Shown in pieces: positions 48,287-59,600 of a stretch of 64,000 nt of DNA (position 1 is the first letter of the stretch; the number at the start of each line of letters is the position of its first letter). Location of the stretch: NCBI GenBank assembly GCA_002503055.1, contig DAQX01000008.1, positions 81,439 to 145,438 on the forward strand. The letters are read 5' to 3'. The notes below the pieces were generated by a model. That model was given only the letters and a program-made list of their open reading frames with translations, searched no databases and was not told where the DNA came from. A program made the position numbers and the translations under genes. The stretch comes from Euryarchaeota archaeon UBA86. Its GTDB lineage: Archaea > Thermoplasmatota > Poseidoniia > Poseidoniales > Thalassarchaeaceae.

Positions 48287-49312
48287 TCAGACGGCGTTCC
48301 TCGGAATGCGCTTACCGACCCAGCGCTTCCAGATTGGAGGTACTAGACAGGGCCACCAACAGGCGTAGTATCCTGCAGGCAGTTCAGGTGCATCGGGATA
48401 GGGGCGAAGTTTCCAGAATGGAACACTTGCTCTAAGGTGGTGATCAGAATGACGGGTCAGCTCCAACAGTGACCATCGAGACCACCTTGCCTCAGTGTTC
48501 CATGCATGCTCTGAATCGAATTTCCTATCTCCCTCGGTACGCCTTAGGCCCCAATGACGTATGTAGTTCACATACTCGAGAGTTAGAATCGAGATTGCAG
48601 ATAAGATAACCCAGCCAACTGCCATAGTCTGTCCATTAGGTAGGGCAATGATTACGGCCAATGCAACTATCTGAAGAAGTAGCCCTTGGTATGATGGATT
48701 TCTAATCCCAGTTCTTCCCTTCTTATTGTGGATTCTGACTGAAGAGGAGAATTGCCCGGGAATGGTTCTAATCCAAAACGCCCAGATTCCTTCATCCTCT
48801 GTTGCACTTGCTGGATCATTATCTGTTGCTACCCACTTGTGATGGTTGTGATTGTGCTCAGTTGTGAAGTGAGGATAGTGGATACTGAACAACAACATTC
48901 TGGCCAGTCTCCAGCCGGGGCTCTTCGGTTTCTTATGGCCTAATTCATGGGCTGTAACTATTGCAGATGCAGCCGCACAGAGGCCCGTTGAGAGAGATGC
49001 TAGAACCAGCCACAAAGAGACCGATGCCTCAAGATATGCAAACCGGAAGAAGGATGCTAGGACGATGAAATGGAAGATACCGTGGGCCCAAAGTAGGGCC
49101 TCAAAGGGAAGTCCTGACTCCCTAGGTGGACGAGGTTGATTCGATTTACCCATTACAATATCCAGTATAGGGCCAACGCCCCAGACAAAGATTACTCCCA
49201 TTGCAGTATAGGCACCGCCCATTAGGTTCCCTAAGATTACAATCATCGGATTTACGAGACCTAGTAGATGCACCGGCCACGGTTCGGGGCTGAGGTTCGC
49301 CGACTCAGTCAT
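48287..49312 (-). CDS. AlkB-type integral-membrane alkane/fatty-acid hydroxylase (fatty acid desaturase superfamily).
   Basis: Histidine boxes HELGHKK, EHNHNHHK and LTRHSDHHL are present, as is the NYIRHWGL (HYG) motif. Confidence 0.75.
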   Translation of the reverse strand: MTESANLSPEPWPVHLLGLVNPMIVILGNLMGGAYTAMGVIFVWGVGPILDIVMGKSNQPRPPRESGLPFEALLWAHGIFHFIVLASFFRFAYLEASVSLWLVLASLSTGLCAAASAIVTAHELGHKKPKSPGWRLARMLLFSIHYPHFTTEHNHNHHKWVATDNDPASATEDEGIWAFWIRTIPGQFSSSVRIHNKKGRTGIRNPSYQGLLLQIVALAVIIALPNGQTMAVGWVILSAISILTLEYVNYIRHWGLRRTEGDRKFDSEHAWNTEARWSRWSLLELTRHSDHHLRASVPFWKLRPYPDAPELPAGYYACWWPCLVPPIWKRWVGKRIPRNAV

Positions 49313-49856
49313 ACAGGGGTGCGTGCTTGGCTCTAGTCTTAGCGATTTTCGGAGCCACGACCATTCTGCAATACGGGTTACCCGGATTGTTTGTGAAGTA
49401 ATTGTGATGATAATTCTCGGCTACGAAGAAATTGATCAGAGGGCTGACCTCGGTTACAATGGGGGCATTGTATAGAGAGGATACTTTTGCTATAGCATCC
49501 TCGATTTGCGACTTCTGCTCATCATCAGAGTAGAATGTGACGCTTCGGTATTGAGGGCCAATATCGTTGCCCTGACGATTTAGTTGAGTCGGGTCATGGC
49601 AGGTGAAGAATACCTCTAGCAAGGTAGGTGTGTCAATGACCTGTGAATCGAAAGTAACTCTGACCACCTCTGCGTGTCCGGTACGCTTACCACAGACCTG
49701 TTCATAGGTTGGGTTTTCTACATCTCCACCGGAATATCCAGGAATTACTTCGCTAACTCCTCGCAGTCCCTTCAGAGCCCCCTCGACGCACCAGAAGCAC
49801 CCTCCACCGAGAACGATACTATGCACGGTTTCACCTTCGGTAGTTTGGAGCCTCAC
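49305..49856 (-). CDS. msrA: Peptide methionine sulfoxide reductase MsrA.
   Basis: The [10 protein letters not shown] active site is present. Confidence 0.9.
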   Translation of the reverse strand: MRLQTTEGETVHSIVLGGGCFWCVEGALKGLRGVSEVIPGYSGGDVENPTYEQVCGKRTGHAEVVRVTFDSQVIDTPTLLEVFFTCHDPTQLNRQGNDIGPQYRSVTFYSDDEQKSQIEDAIAKVSSLYNAPIVTEVSPLINFFVAENYHHNYFTNNPGNPYCRMVVAPKIAKTRAKHAPLYD

Positions 49857-51324
49857 GAGTAATTTCTACATCGTGGACATGGCTCTCGGACAAGCCCGCG
49901 TTAGTGATTCGAACAAAGTTGCAATTCGACTTCATCTCGGCTATGGATCCGTTTCCGGTGTATCCCATTGAAGATCGTAGGCCTCCGACCATCTGATAGA
50001 TTACATTGTCAACTGGTCCTCGCGCAGGCACTCTGCCCTCGATTCCCTCTGGAACATACTTGCTCGTGTCTCCTTGTTCTGACTGGAAGTATCTGTCATG
50101 CGCTCCTTCGCTCATCGCTCCAACAGAACCCATTCCTCTGTATACCTTGTACGAGCGACCCTGATACAGGATTGTCTCTCCAGGAGACTCATCGGTACCT
50201 GCCAGAACTGAGCCGGCCATCACGCAGTCAGCTCCGGCAGCAATCGCCTTGGCGATATCGCCGCTGTACTTGATGCCACCATCCGCAATGACAGGAATGT
50301 CATTCTTGCCGCACTCAGAGACAACTCCTAGGACCGCAGTTAGTTGTGGTACTCCAACGCCTGAGACGATTCTTGTTGTACAAATAGAGCCTGGGCCTAT
50401 GCCGACCTTGACGGCATTAGCGCCGGCATCTACCAGCATGTCGGCAGCCGCTCCAGTGGCGATGTTGCCCGCAACTATCTGCACCTTGTCTGGCGCTTGG
50501 CTGCGAATCTCTCTGACAGTTTCGATTACGCCGTGCGAGTGCCCGTGAGCGGTATCGACGATGACTGCGTCCGCTCCTGCCTCGAATAGTGCGAGGGCTC
50601 GCTCAACTCCCTTTTCGCCAGTGCCTGTAGCAGCAGCAACTCTCAGTCTGCCTTGATTATCCTTGCATGAGTCGGGGTTGTCTCGGCTTCGCTGGATGTC
50701 TCTCACCGTCATCATACCAGCGCATCCGCCGTCATCATCGACCACTACGAGTTTCTCGATTCGGTGCTTGTGCAGGAGTCGCTTGGCCTCCTCGGAATTC
50801 ACGCCCTCGGGGACAGTAACGACATCTGTAGTCATCATAGACGAGACCTTTTCCGAATCGTCTGAGACGAATCTAATGTCTCGATTGGTGATGATTCCTA
50901 CTAGGATTCCCGAGTCATCTACAACCGGGAAGCCAGAGAATCCATTCTGAGATTTCATTCGACGCAGTTCTCCAATACTGCTCTCAGGTGATACGGTGAT
51001 GGGATCAAGAACTAGGCCTGACTCAAATCGCTTGACGCGGTACACCTCAGAAGCTTGGGCCTCAGCGCTCATGTTTCGATGGATGACTCCAATCCCGCCG
51101 GCCTGAGCCATGGCGATTGCCATGTCACTCTCGGTGACAGTATCCATAGCTGCGGAAATCAGTGGAATGTTGAGTTTTATTGAATTCGTTAGTCTCGAAG
51201 AAATGTCAACTTCGGCAGGTAGGACGGCTGATTCGGCCGGCATCAAAAGGACATCATCGAAGGTCAGTGCTTCCGGTATGCCTTCTTGCGCCATTAGGGA
51301 TGGCCTATGGCGCCTGTACTTCAA
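49831..51324 (-). CDS. guaB: Inosine-5'-monophosphate dehydrogenase. The start is likely the Met at about 51294.
   Basis: [10 protein letters not shown] and a tandem CBS pair are present. The catalytic loop reads [11 protein letters not shown], followed by [11 protein letters not shown]. Confidence 0.9.
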   Translation of the reverse strand: MKYRRHRPSLMAQEGIPEALTFDDVLLMPAESAVLPAEVDISSRLTNSIKLNIPLISAAMDTVTESDMAIAMAQAGGIGVIHRNMSAEAQASEVYRVKRFESGLVLDPITVSPESSIGELRRMKSQNGFSGFPVVDDSGILVGIITNRDIRFVSDDSEKVSSMMTTDVVTVPEGVNSEEAKRLLHKHRIEKLVVVDDDGGCAGMMTVRDIQRSRDNPDSCKDNQGRLRVAAATGTGEKGVERALALFEAGADAVIVDTAHGHSHGVIETVREIRSQAPDKVQIVAGNIATGAAADMLVDAGANAVKVGIGPGSICTTRIVSGVGVPQLTAVLGVVSECGKNDIPVIADGGIKYSGDIAKAIAAGADCVMAGSVLAGTDESPGETILYQGRSYKVYRGMGSVGAMSEGAHDRYFQSEQGDTSKYVPEGIEGRVPARGPVDNVIYQMVGGLRSSMGYTGNGSIAEMKSNCNFVRITNAGLSESHVHDVEITREAPNYRR

Positions 51325-51473
51325 CGATTCGTAAATTGATAGTTTGGAGAATATATGGGGAGAAAAATCGGAGTTTCAGATGGTGAGAAAATGAAAAGAG
51401 ACAAAACCATTCCTAGAATTACGATTGGAATAGAGACAGTCTAATCCTGTGCCCCTCTGCGAGGAGCATTAGT

Positions 51474-52133
51474 ATGACCTTCGAAGCACCATATATTCCC
51501 GAGGAGCCTTCTCCTTGGTGGTTGAAAGGACTCGCCATTTTCATGGCATTGATATCGATATTCATGCTTCTCAGTGTGGCTTCTGGAGTACTATCTCCGA
51601 TGTTTGTTGACAGGTTAATTGCTGAAGATTTCGAAGAAATAGAGCCCTATCCTGAAGATGGAACCGATGAGGAGAAGGCCGAGTGGAACGAGACCAATGA
51701 ATTCTGGGATGACATGGTAGAATACATGGACGAGATGATGAGGGTCATGAAGTTCCAAGCGGCACACAGCGGTATTCTTGCCATAATTGGTCTGTTTAGT
51801 GTACCGGTGCTTTGGAGAGGTGACAGGGATCTGGGAATCAAGTTGGTAGGAGTTTGGATAGGAGTGAATCTACTAGGCGGTATGGGTTTGATGTGGATGT
51901 TGACGAGAAGCGGATTATTGATGCCCGAGTTCGCTACTGGTCGAGGAGGCGAGGATTGGGGAGCTAGTGTAGAATTAATGGAAACAATCACTTTGGTTGC
52001 GAGTTGGGGTCAGATTATTTTCTGCAACATTTGCTTCCTAGGAATTTTGGGTCTTGTTGCCAACAAATCAAAACCTCCGACTAGACTGGTTTCTGCTCCT
52101 GTTTCGGATGCAACTATTCCGCCCCAATCTTGA
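51474..52133 (+). CDS. Hypothetical membrane protein.
   Basis: It has 4-5 TM segments and an acidic loop. No homology was recognised. Confidence 0.4.
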   Translation: MTFEAPYIPEEPSPWWLKGLAIFMALISIFMLLSVASGVLSPMFVDRLIAEDFEEIEPYPEDGTDEEKAEWNETNEFWDDMVEYMDEMMRVMKFQAAHSGILAIIGLFSVPVLWRGDRDLGIKLVGVWIGVNLLGGMGLMWMLTRSGLLMPEFATGRGGEDWGASVELMETITLVASWGQIIFCNICFLGILGLVANKSKPPTRLVSAPVSDATIPPQS

Positions 52134-52158
52134 AGCATCGTTAACCGGTGCCGGATAC

Positions 52159-52494
52159 ATGGAACAGATGGTGCAAGGCATACTTGTCGTCAATACTGAA
52201 ACAATACCTGGCATGATGATTACAGAAACTCTTGGAGTCGTAAGTGGTTCCACGGTTAGGGCTAAGAATTTGGGCAGAGATATCACTCAGGGCCTTAGGA
52301 ACATCATGGGTGGTGAACTTGTGAAATACACGGAACTGCTTGAGGAGTCTCGTCAAGAGGCAATTGGAAGAATGGTTGCTGAGGCCATGAGCAGAGGGGC
52401 GACTGCAATAGTGAATGTTCGATTTGCTACTTCAGCAGTAACAGCAGGCGCAGCGGAATTGTTTGCCTACGGAACTGCCGTCAAGGCCGAGTAA
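52159..52494 (+). CDS. YbjQ/UPF0145 family protein (soluble).
   Basis: GILVVNTETIPG ... LGVVSGSTVRAKN ... the TAIVNVRF..... .AYGTAVK pattern is present. The start is reassigned to the ATG at 52159, because the longer ORF overlaps the upstream gene. Confidence 0.75.
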   Translation: MEQMVQGILVVNTETIPGMMITETLGVVSGSTVRAKNLGRDITQGLRNIMGGELVKYTELLEESRQEAIGRMVAEAMSRGATAIVNVRFATSAVTAGAAELFAYGTAVKAE

Positions 52495-52507
52495 GGAGGC
52501 TGTTTCT

Positions 52508-53041
52508 ATGGCAGACCCGCCGATTGTTGTACTCGTACTGTCGGTCTGCATATTGCCTTTTTTGCTACTAGCTATCTTCGGAATTCTGTGGTCAGTGGCA
52601 TATCCAGCCATGCTCATCTATGCTGTCTTGTTTAGTGGTCAGAAATTGAATGAGCAGATTGAAGATACAACATCAAGAGAGGTGTCATTGCGTGAATCAT
52701 TGGGTCGCGATCCTCTAACTACGGTCGATGGTGGCTATCGAACTGACATCACTGACTGCGGAGTAGTTTGGGCAGGGGTTGTCTTTGGCCCAAGTCACTG
52801 GCACTTACTAATTGGTAAAATCAACAATCTAATTGGTGGTTCAATTGATATCTTCCAAAAAGTGGTTTCTGCAGGTAGGGCAGAGGCTATGCAAAGACTT
52901 CGGGAGAATGCTGTCGCCAGTGGATGGGACGATGTGATTAATGTGAGGATAGATACTTCTGATATGGCTCCACAAGGTTCGCAATCCAAGGTTAAGGCAG
53001 TCGAAGTCTTCGCCTACGGAACTGGTGTGAAATACGGCTAG
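52508..53041 (+). CDS. Membrane-anchored YbjQ/UPF0145-like protein, with two N-terminal TM helices.
   Basis: A GGAGG sequence lies 8 nt upstream of the ATG at 52508. The C-terminal domain carries IGGSID...VINVRIDT...AYGTGVK. Confidence 0.65.
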   Translation: MADPPIVVLVLSVCILPFLLLAIFGILWSVAYPAMLIYAVLFSGQKLNEQIEDTTSREVSLRESLGRDPLTTVDGGYRTDITDCGVVWAGVVFGPSHWHLLIGKINNLIGGSIDIFQKVVSAGRAEAMQRLRENAVASGWDDVINVRIDTSDMAPQGSQSKVKAVEVFAYGTGVKYG

Positions 53042-54522
53042 GACTCATTGTATATTGGAGTTTGATCCAGATACATTGCGAGATTGAATAGCCACCAAGA
53101 AATCAAGTCGAATGACTCAACTAGATTCTGCACTCCAGTACCGTTGTCTGTCACCATCATGTCAATCATCGTCTCCAGGGTGTCACAAGGGCCATGATAG
53201 CAATCTGAGCCTCCTGTGAGCGAACCGAAATCCATCGAGACCACTCCGAGTTGGTCTGCTATCCTCTCGTAGTCGCTCCTGCCTCTCTGAGACTCGTGTA
53301 CGGAGATAGAGAGTCTCTTCTGATCACTAGAGTCGACATCCTTCATCGAAGCGTAGCCTTCAGTATGGTAAATTTCTCTGCCGAGACGAAGTGCCTCGGC
53401 GATGTCGTTGTTGTTGGATCCTATCCATTCCGTCAGCCTAACCATTGGCCACTGCTCATTGATCTGATTGTCAGTCTCTGGAATGATGTCGACTACTAGG
53501 GTGTAGTAGCCGGGCCAGTTGGTACCTACTGCGTCAGCGTTCAGATAGTTAGAGAGAGTGACTCCTGCGGGGATATTGTCAATCCATCTGTCGACACCGT
53601 CATAGCCGTTCTCCTCGTTGGACCAAAAGCACGCTACGATTGTTCTGCGATGGTCGAACTGAGCTAGTCCTCTAGCTGCCTCTAGAACTAGGGCGACTCC
53701 GGCTCCATTGTCATGCGCACCGATTTGTGAGCCCCCTCCGGGCGGACTTCCTGGCTCGGCGATGTCAAGGTGTGCCCCCAAAACCAACCATTCGTCTGGG
53801 AACATCGTACCCTCCTTGTAGCCGCAGACATTTACTGCGTAGGAGAAGTCGGATATCCAATATCTGTGAACCTGTGCGTCATAACCCATCCCCTGCAATT
53901 CTCCCTGCATGAAATTTGCAGCCCTCATGTATGTTGGGTCATTGAGAGTAAAGGGGCCCCAGCGATGATTGTATCCCGTCTCAGGATCAGCGAATGTCTC
54001 CAGCCACTCGAACACATTGAGTCCGCTGATCAAACCCGTGCTGTGTAACGCTCCATTTTCAACCGTATAAGCAGAATCGTTCTCTCTCACGACTGGGTGT
54101 TCGATGAAGGTGTAAGGTGACTGTTCGAACTCACTCGAATGGAACCACTCGTGCCAACTCTGATTGGTAGCGCGTAGCGACCATTCTTCGCGGCCTAGTG
54201 CCCCTAGGAGGAAGTATGTCGAATTGATGTTTGATGGTGCCAGCATCTCGATGCTGAGCGTACCGGCACCATCGAAGTCGAGGGTTGTGCCATTGACTAC
54301 ATACCCTGACTCGGGATCCAATACCAGATAGGGTACATGGACGCTCATCGAACTGGAAGTGCTGAACTCTACAGCCTGAAATTGCGCACCCACTAGAATG
54401 TCAGGAGTAATCATCAGATCTGTGGATACGATAAGCTCCTCATCTACTTCGGGAGAGAAGCATCCGGTGATTGAGGTGGTTAGTAGCACGAGGGTGAGAC
54501 ATGCCGCAATCACACGGGTCAT
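53038..54522 (-). CDS. M28-family zinc aminopeptidase with a lipobox-like signal peptide. The start is taken at the MTRVIAACL... Met. The ORF track extends it to 54636.
   Basis: GAHLD ... HDNGAGVA ... the EENGYDG Zn-ligand pattern is present. The signal peptide ends in ITGC. Confidence 0.75.
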   Translation of the reverse strand: MTRVIAACLTLVLLTTSITGCFSPEVDEELIVSTDLMITPDILVGAQFQAVEFSTSSSMSVHVPYLVLDPESGYVVNGTTLDFDGAGTLSIEMLAPSNINSTYFLLGALGREEWSLRATNQSWHEWFHSSEFEQSPYTFIEHPVVRENDSAYTVENGALHSTGLISGLNVFEWLETFADPETGYNHRWGPFTLNDPTYMRAANFMQGELQGMGYDAQVHRYWISDFSYAVNVCGYKEGTMFPDEWLVLGAHLDIAEPGSPPGGGSQIGAHDNGAGVALVLEAARGLAQFDHRRTIVACFWSNEENGYDGVDRWIDNIPAGVTLSNYLNADAVGTNWPGYYTLVVDIIPETDNQINEQWPMVRLTEWIGSNNNDIAEALRLGREIYHTEGYASMKDVDSSDQKRLSISVHESQRGRSDYERIADQLGVVSMDFGSLTGGSDCYHGPCDTLETMIDMMVTDNGTGVQNLVESFDLISWWLFNLAMYLDQTPIYNES

Positions 54523-54571
54523 CGTGTCGGATTGGTGTTGACAGTATATCATTTCAGTCGAACAAGGCAGT

Positions 54572-55630
54572 TTGAAGACAGGATGGCCCCACGCACGCTC
54601 TGAGAGGGAGCATATGCAAAGTCCAATCACTCGCATCGAGCCGAAAATTGCATCTCGGCTCTCTAAGCAGAAGTATCACCTCGTAGGCGAGCACGGTGGA
54701 GTCAAAGTTTGCCACTGGACTAAGCAGAGTCTGATTGCCGATCGATCCTGCTACAAGGGCACATTCTACGGGATTGAGAGTCATGGTTGTATGCAGATGG
54801 CACCTAATGTCGATACCTGCAACCTAGCCTGTACTTACTGCTGGAGAGAGCCTCACTCCGATACTCTACACAAGATTGATGATGATCCGTACGAGCTGTA
54901 TCTGGAGTCTGTTCGTGCTCAAAGAAGGCTATTGACTGGTTTTGGTGGCAACCCCAAAGCAGACAGGGAAAAATGGCTTGAAGCTCAGAACCCCAAGCAT
55001 GTAGCAATTTCTCTCAATGGCGAACCTACTCTTTACTCGCGACTAGGTGAGTTCCTCGACATCTGCCACCAGCATGGAACCTCAACCTTCCTAGTTACCA
55101 ATGGGAGTCTGCCCAAGGTCATTGAGAATCTCGATCCACTGCCGACTCAGCTGTATGTGAGCGTTGATGCTCCGAATAAGGAGGTCTTCGATAGGCTGTG
55201 TAAACCCAAGTTCGACCAAGCTGCATTCCACAAACTTGAGCAGACTCTAGAGTTGCTTCCAAGCCTAGATACTAGGACAGTATGTAGACACACACTAATC
55301 AAACACGAGTCACTTGGTCATCACGAAGATTACGCTCGCTTGGATAACCTTGCAGATCCTGACTTCATAGAGGCTAAGGGATACGTATACGTAGGCAACA
55401 GCCGAAACAATCTGACTATCGAAAACATGCCTAGTCACGATGATGTGATGGGTTTCTCGCAGCGTTTGGCACCGCTTGTCGGTAGAGAGATTTTGTCCGA
55501 AAGAAGAGAGAGCAGAGTGGCTCTGATTGGTAAAGAAATGATTCCAATCACTCTACCCGAGAAGGTTAGAGAGTTGCCGGCAGACCTGGGAATTGCCAAG
55601 CCGCAGAATCTAGTTTTGCCTCAGGCCTAA
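54572..55630 (+). CDS. taw1: Radical-SAM tRNA 4-demethylwyosine synthase (Taw1/TYW1).
   Basis: KVCHWTKQSL..CYKGTFYGIESHGCMQM followed by the CNLACTYCW radical-SAM cluster matches archaeal Taw1. The start is possibly the Met at 54614. Confidence 0.8.
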   Translation: MKTGWPHARSEREHMQSPITRIEPKIASRLSKQKYHLVGEHGGVKVCHWTKQSLIADRSCYKGTFYGIESHGCMQMAPNVDTCNLACTYCWREPHSDTLHKIDDDPYELYLESVRAQRRLLTGFGGNPKADREKWLEAQNPKHVAISLNGEPTLYSRLGEFLDICHQHGTSTFLVTNGSLPKVIENLDPLPTQLYVSVDAPNKEVFDRLCKPKFDQAAFHKLEQTLELLPSLDTRTVCRHTLIKHESLGHHEDYARLDNLADPDFIEAKGYVYVGNSRNNLTIENMPSHDDVMGFSQRLAPLVGREILSERRESRVALIGKEMIPITLPEKVRELPADLGIAKPQNLVLPQA

Positions 55631-56616
55631 ACCATAGGACGACTCGAGCCGCACTCAGGGCAGAGTTGCTCCTCACTGTCACCGTAATCATGGAAGCAGG
55701 CAGGACATGTTGCCGCGAGAGTCAACTCTGTTTTACCATCGATGTCTATCCTTTCTTCTGAGACTCTCTCTAGGTTTAGCGAGTCGCGTACGATATCTGG
55801 AATTTCGAATCTACCAGGTCCACCAATCTGCGTGAGAATGTCAGGAGGTAGCGTTACTGTTCCAGTATCGTCGATAATCAACTCGCGGCTGCCAGATAAA
55901 TCGGAGATATCCACATCTGTGCCATGCTGTGCAACGAAGCGACCGTCTCTGAGTTCAAGTGAACGTTCACAGAAAGCAGCAACATCTCTATTGTGAGTAA
56001 CCAAGAAGAATGCCACATCTTCTTCCTTGTGAAGTGTATCGAATAGCTCTAGTACCTCTCTGCTGGTAATCGGGTCTAGAGCCCCTGTTGGCTCATCGGC
56101 GAGAATTAGTTTGGGCTCTGTGATTAGGGCCCGGGCAATAGCAACCCTCTGCTGCTCACCCCCAGAAAGTTCCTCTGGCATTCCACGAGATCGCTCGCCC
56201 ATACCAAGACGATCAAGCAATTCCTGTGCCTTTGCTCTGGCCTCTCTCGGCAGAACGCCCTGATGGCGTAGTGGCTGTGCAACATTGTCCAAGGCGTTTA
56301 GATGAGGGAGTAGATTAGAGTCTTGGAAGATAAACGAGACTGTCTTCTGGCGTAGATCTACCAACTCCTTTCCAGTCAGTCTAGTCATTCTACTGCCTGC
56401 AAGTTCAACCCCTCCTGCTGAAGGCTTCATCAGCCCACCTAGGCACTTCAGAAGAGTTGACTTGCCGGAACCCGAAGGGCCAATCACTGCAACTGCTTCA
56501 CCCTCATAGACAGTCACATGTAGGCCCCTAAGCGCAACTACATTGCCATCTTCAGCTCCCGACTCATAGACATGATAGAGTCCGTCAGATTTGAGAATCT
56601 CTGATCTCTCTTCCAT
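55627..56616 (-). CDS. ABC transporter ATP-binding protein with a C-terminal Cys4 zinc-ribbon extension.
   Basis: Walker [25 protein letters not shown] and Walker B LILADEPT are present. The C-terminus reads [20 protein letters not shown]. Confidence 0.8.
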   Translation of the reverse strand: MEERSEILKSDGLYHVYESGAEDGNVVALRGLHVTVYEGEAVAVIGPSGSGKSTLLKCLGGLMKPSAGGVELAGSRMTRLTGKELVDLRQKTVSFIFQDSNLLPHLNALDNVAQPLRHQGVLPREARAKAQELLDRLGMGERSRGMPEELSGGEQQRVAIARALITEPKLILADEPTGALDPITSREVLELFDTLHKEEDVAFFLVTHNRDVAAFCERSLELRDGRFVAQHGTDVDISDLSGSRELIIDDTGTVTLPPDILTQIGGPGRFEIPDIVRDSLNLERVSEERIDIDGKTELTLAATCPACFHDYGDSEEQLCPECGSSRPMV

Positions 56617-56618
56617 CT

Positions 56619-59600
56619 TTACTCCCCCTTCAGTACAACTGCCAAATCAGCCTGTAGAGCCTTGCGTGTGGTGTAAATCAATGCAACCAGAACAGCTACC
56701 AGTACTGATGCATTGACAAGTGCGAGATCGAACCATGGCCATACAAGATCCCTGTCAATAGGAGCGCTCTGTCCAAGGAATATCTGGAAGATATATCCGA
56801 ATACACCGAAGAAACCGTTGAATGATTCTGCGATAGCTAGGCCAAGGAACACTCCGAGAGCCATACTAACAGTTAGAATTGATAGAATCTCAAACAGAAC
56901 AAGTCGTGTTACTTGGTTCGGGCTTGCTCCGATTGCCTGTAAAATTGCTAGTTCTCTCTTCCTCTGGGTCAGGACTAGGGATAGGAATACGAAAGCAGAA
57001 GCGACAGAAGCTAGTGAAGCGACGATGAACTGTAGACTGAGTAGTCCAGGTGTTCCAAATATCAGTCCACCATTACGCTCGTTCTCTCGATGTGCAGTAG
57101 ACCAGTCTTGGGCAGCACTGATTCCATTGCCATTGGTAATCTCTGCATTTACTGCCCGGAGAGCATCAGCACAGTCTCCGTCAGTCTGATCACACAATTC
57201 GAAGAACCATCTTGTAGATGTGTAGGCGTCTGCAGTGGCATTACCAACTAATTGTCTGTATGTAGACTCGCCAATCACAATGGCCTGTTCCGCTTCGGTA
57301 GATGATAGTCCAGGGACCCACTGATGGCGGCCCTGATATTGGATTGCTGACTCAGTAACTGTAGTAGTGATGATGAACTCAAAGTCTGCCCCTATTTCGA
57401 AGTCGTACTCTGTGTATTCAATTGTCTGAGTATTTCCTACTTCAAGATCCTTGAACACATCTACAGCTGCAGAACCAGCTGTGAATGAACCGCTTGACCA
57501 CTCAGAGACAACTGCATCGATGTCATCCCCAGGGATTGTCTGGGTGTCCCAGATTAGAGTATCCTCATGTCCATCAAATAGTACCCATGTCCTGACTAGA
57601 GAGTTCTGACTCTTCGGATTAGTAAAGATGTCAGCAACCGAGGTCATAGAAGAAATATCAGTGATATCGCTATCTCCCGATCTTTGGATTGCTAGCATCA
57701 GCTCATTTCTGGCTTGCTGCTCAGTTACTGGAGAATCAAACTGGACTTGTAGGTCCGATCCTGTCTGAGCTGATGTTGTGCGCTCGTCAACGATGGTCCC
57801 AGTGTATCCCTGCACTGCAGCAAGAGTAACTATCGACAGTGTTAGCAGCATAATTACTGCCAATCGATTGACGGACTCTGAAGATCCTGAACCTCTCAGA
57901 CCCCTTCTGATATCTGATACCGCGGGAGACCACGATAGCAAAGCGGTAAGAATTCGTGGGCCTGCAGCTCCAATCCTTCCCAGAACTAATGCTCCTCCTA
58001 TCCATAGGAAGAAGGGCCCTAGGAGGAACAGTAAGGCTTCAACAATGAAGTTTGAAATTAGGCCCTCGGATCCTATTGAGCCCCATCCTCCATTACCTTC
58101 GATCCAGCTCTCGGCATAGGCTAGAAGTCCGATACCGAAAGATAGGAAATGCAGCAAAGTTCTGGGTTCTCTTGTCTCGGCTACCTTTCTTACTCCTTCA
58201 TCGATCTCGATTCTGAGGAAATCTCTAGTTCTGGTTCTACCGAACAGAAGTGATAAACCGACGGTAAGCAAGATGATTACGATAGTAGTAACCAGACTCA
58301 GGGTCGGATTGATGTCTATCCCGCCCGATCTGAAAGACATGAATCCGACAGCATCGAGAACCAAGGGTACAGAAATTAGTGCGAGAGAATATCCAGCAAA
58401 CCAAGCGAACATGCTGGTGACTGCCAACTCGAGCATTATCATGCCAGTAAGTGTACCTTCTGTGCCGCCGATTACACGGTGGATGGAAATCTCTCTCTTG
58501 CGCTGTTCTAATGATAAAACTAGACCGTAAATCAGAACTGAGAATGAGAGAACAACAATAGGAATCATCAGGATGTAATCGAAAATCTGTATGATTCCAA
58601 GGAATATGTTGAGGAAGGTGATGGTTCCCGAAATTAGGTCGTTGTACTCGACTAGAATACCAAAGCTGGTGTAGTTTCCTGCTTCCATCTGTTCCTTGAG
58701 GTTGTCTAGCCACTTAGTCGCGTCAGCAGTAGATGTGGTTGGTAACTGGCTTCTGTCTACAGCCAAACCGAGGTAACCGTGGTCGTTGTCCATCAGTATG
58801 GTCTTCTGCTCTTCACTGAGGACTGCATCTGTAACCATCAATGGATTGAACAACAAGGTAGGATTTCCTGCACCTCCTTCCTGATATACTGCAGCGATGG
58901 TTAGATTTCGAACTGTCATGGTGACCCGGCAGAACTTGTATGCTCTCTCTCCAGCACTCCATGTGTATTCCTCACCTTGACAATCCTCGAAGTCATCATT
59001 GAGATTGACTCCTGTAAGATATCCAGTGATGTAAGTGAAATTGAGTTCAGATATTGTGTCATTGACACCCACTCCTGCGCTAGAAGCAATCTGAGAGGGT
59101 AGAACGATTGATCGATTAGCAGCAGCGTCTGCTGCACTAGCCGGCCAACTACCATAGATTATCCTAGAGTCCTGTCCTCTGACTGAATGTCGTTCCCCTA
59201 ACTCGCCATCCCAGATTCCGTCACCATAGAAGCGAATTGTTCTGTCACCGTTGATTGGAGGTCCTGATGATAATGCCTCGGGATAATCCCAACTTACATT
59301 TTCCCAATTCCCAGTAGGTCCAGAGGCTTCGATAACATTGAGAGGTTGTGGAACGATGAAATCCTCATCGAAGAAACCGTCAACCCTAACTCCTTGACGT
59401 CCGAAAACAAGTCCACAATCAGAGAATGCATCCATCTGTACAAACTCATCGCATAATGATTCCCAAAGCGCTGAGTCGTTTGTTCGTCCCTCAGCATCCT
59501 CTCCCGGGCCCTCAGAGAAGTCGACCTTAGCGTCGAATATTTCCTCTTGCAGTGAATATTGTAGGAATGCTTGAGACAGACCCACTCCGTATGCAAGTAC

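Noticed and set aside
56713-57189. A 158-aa plus-strand ORF inside the FtsX permease gene.
   Set aside because: It is antisense to a clearly homologous permease.
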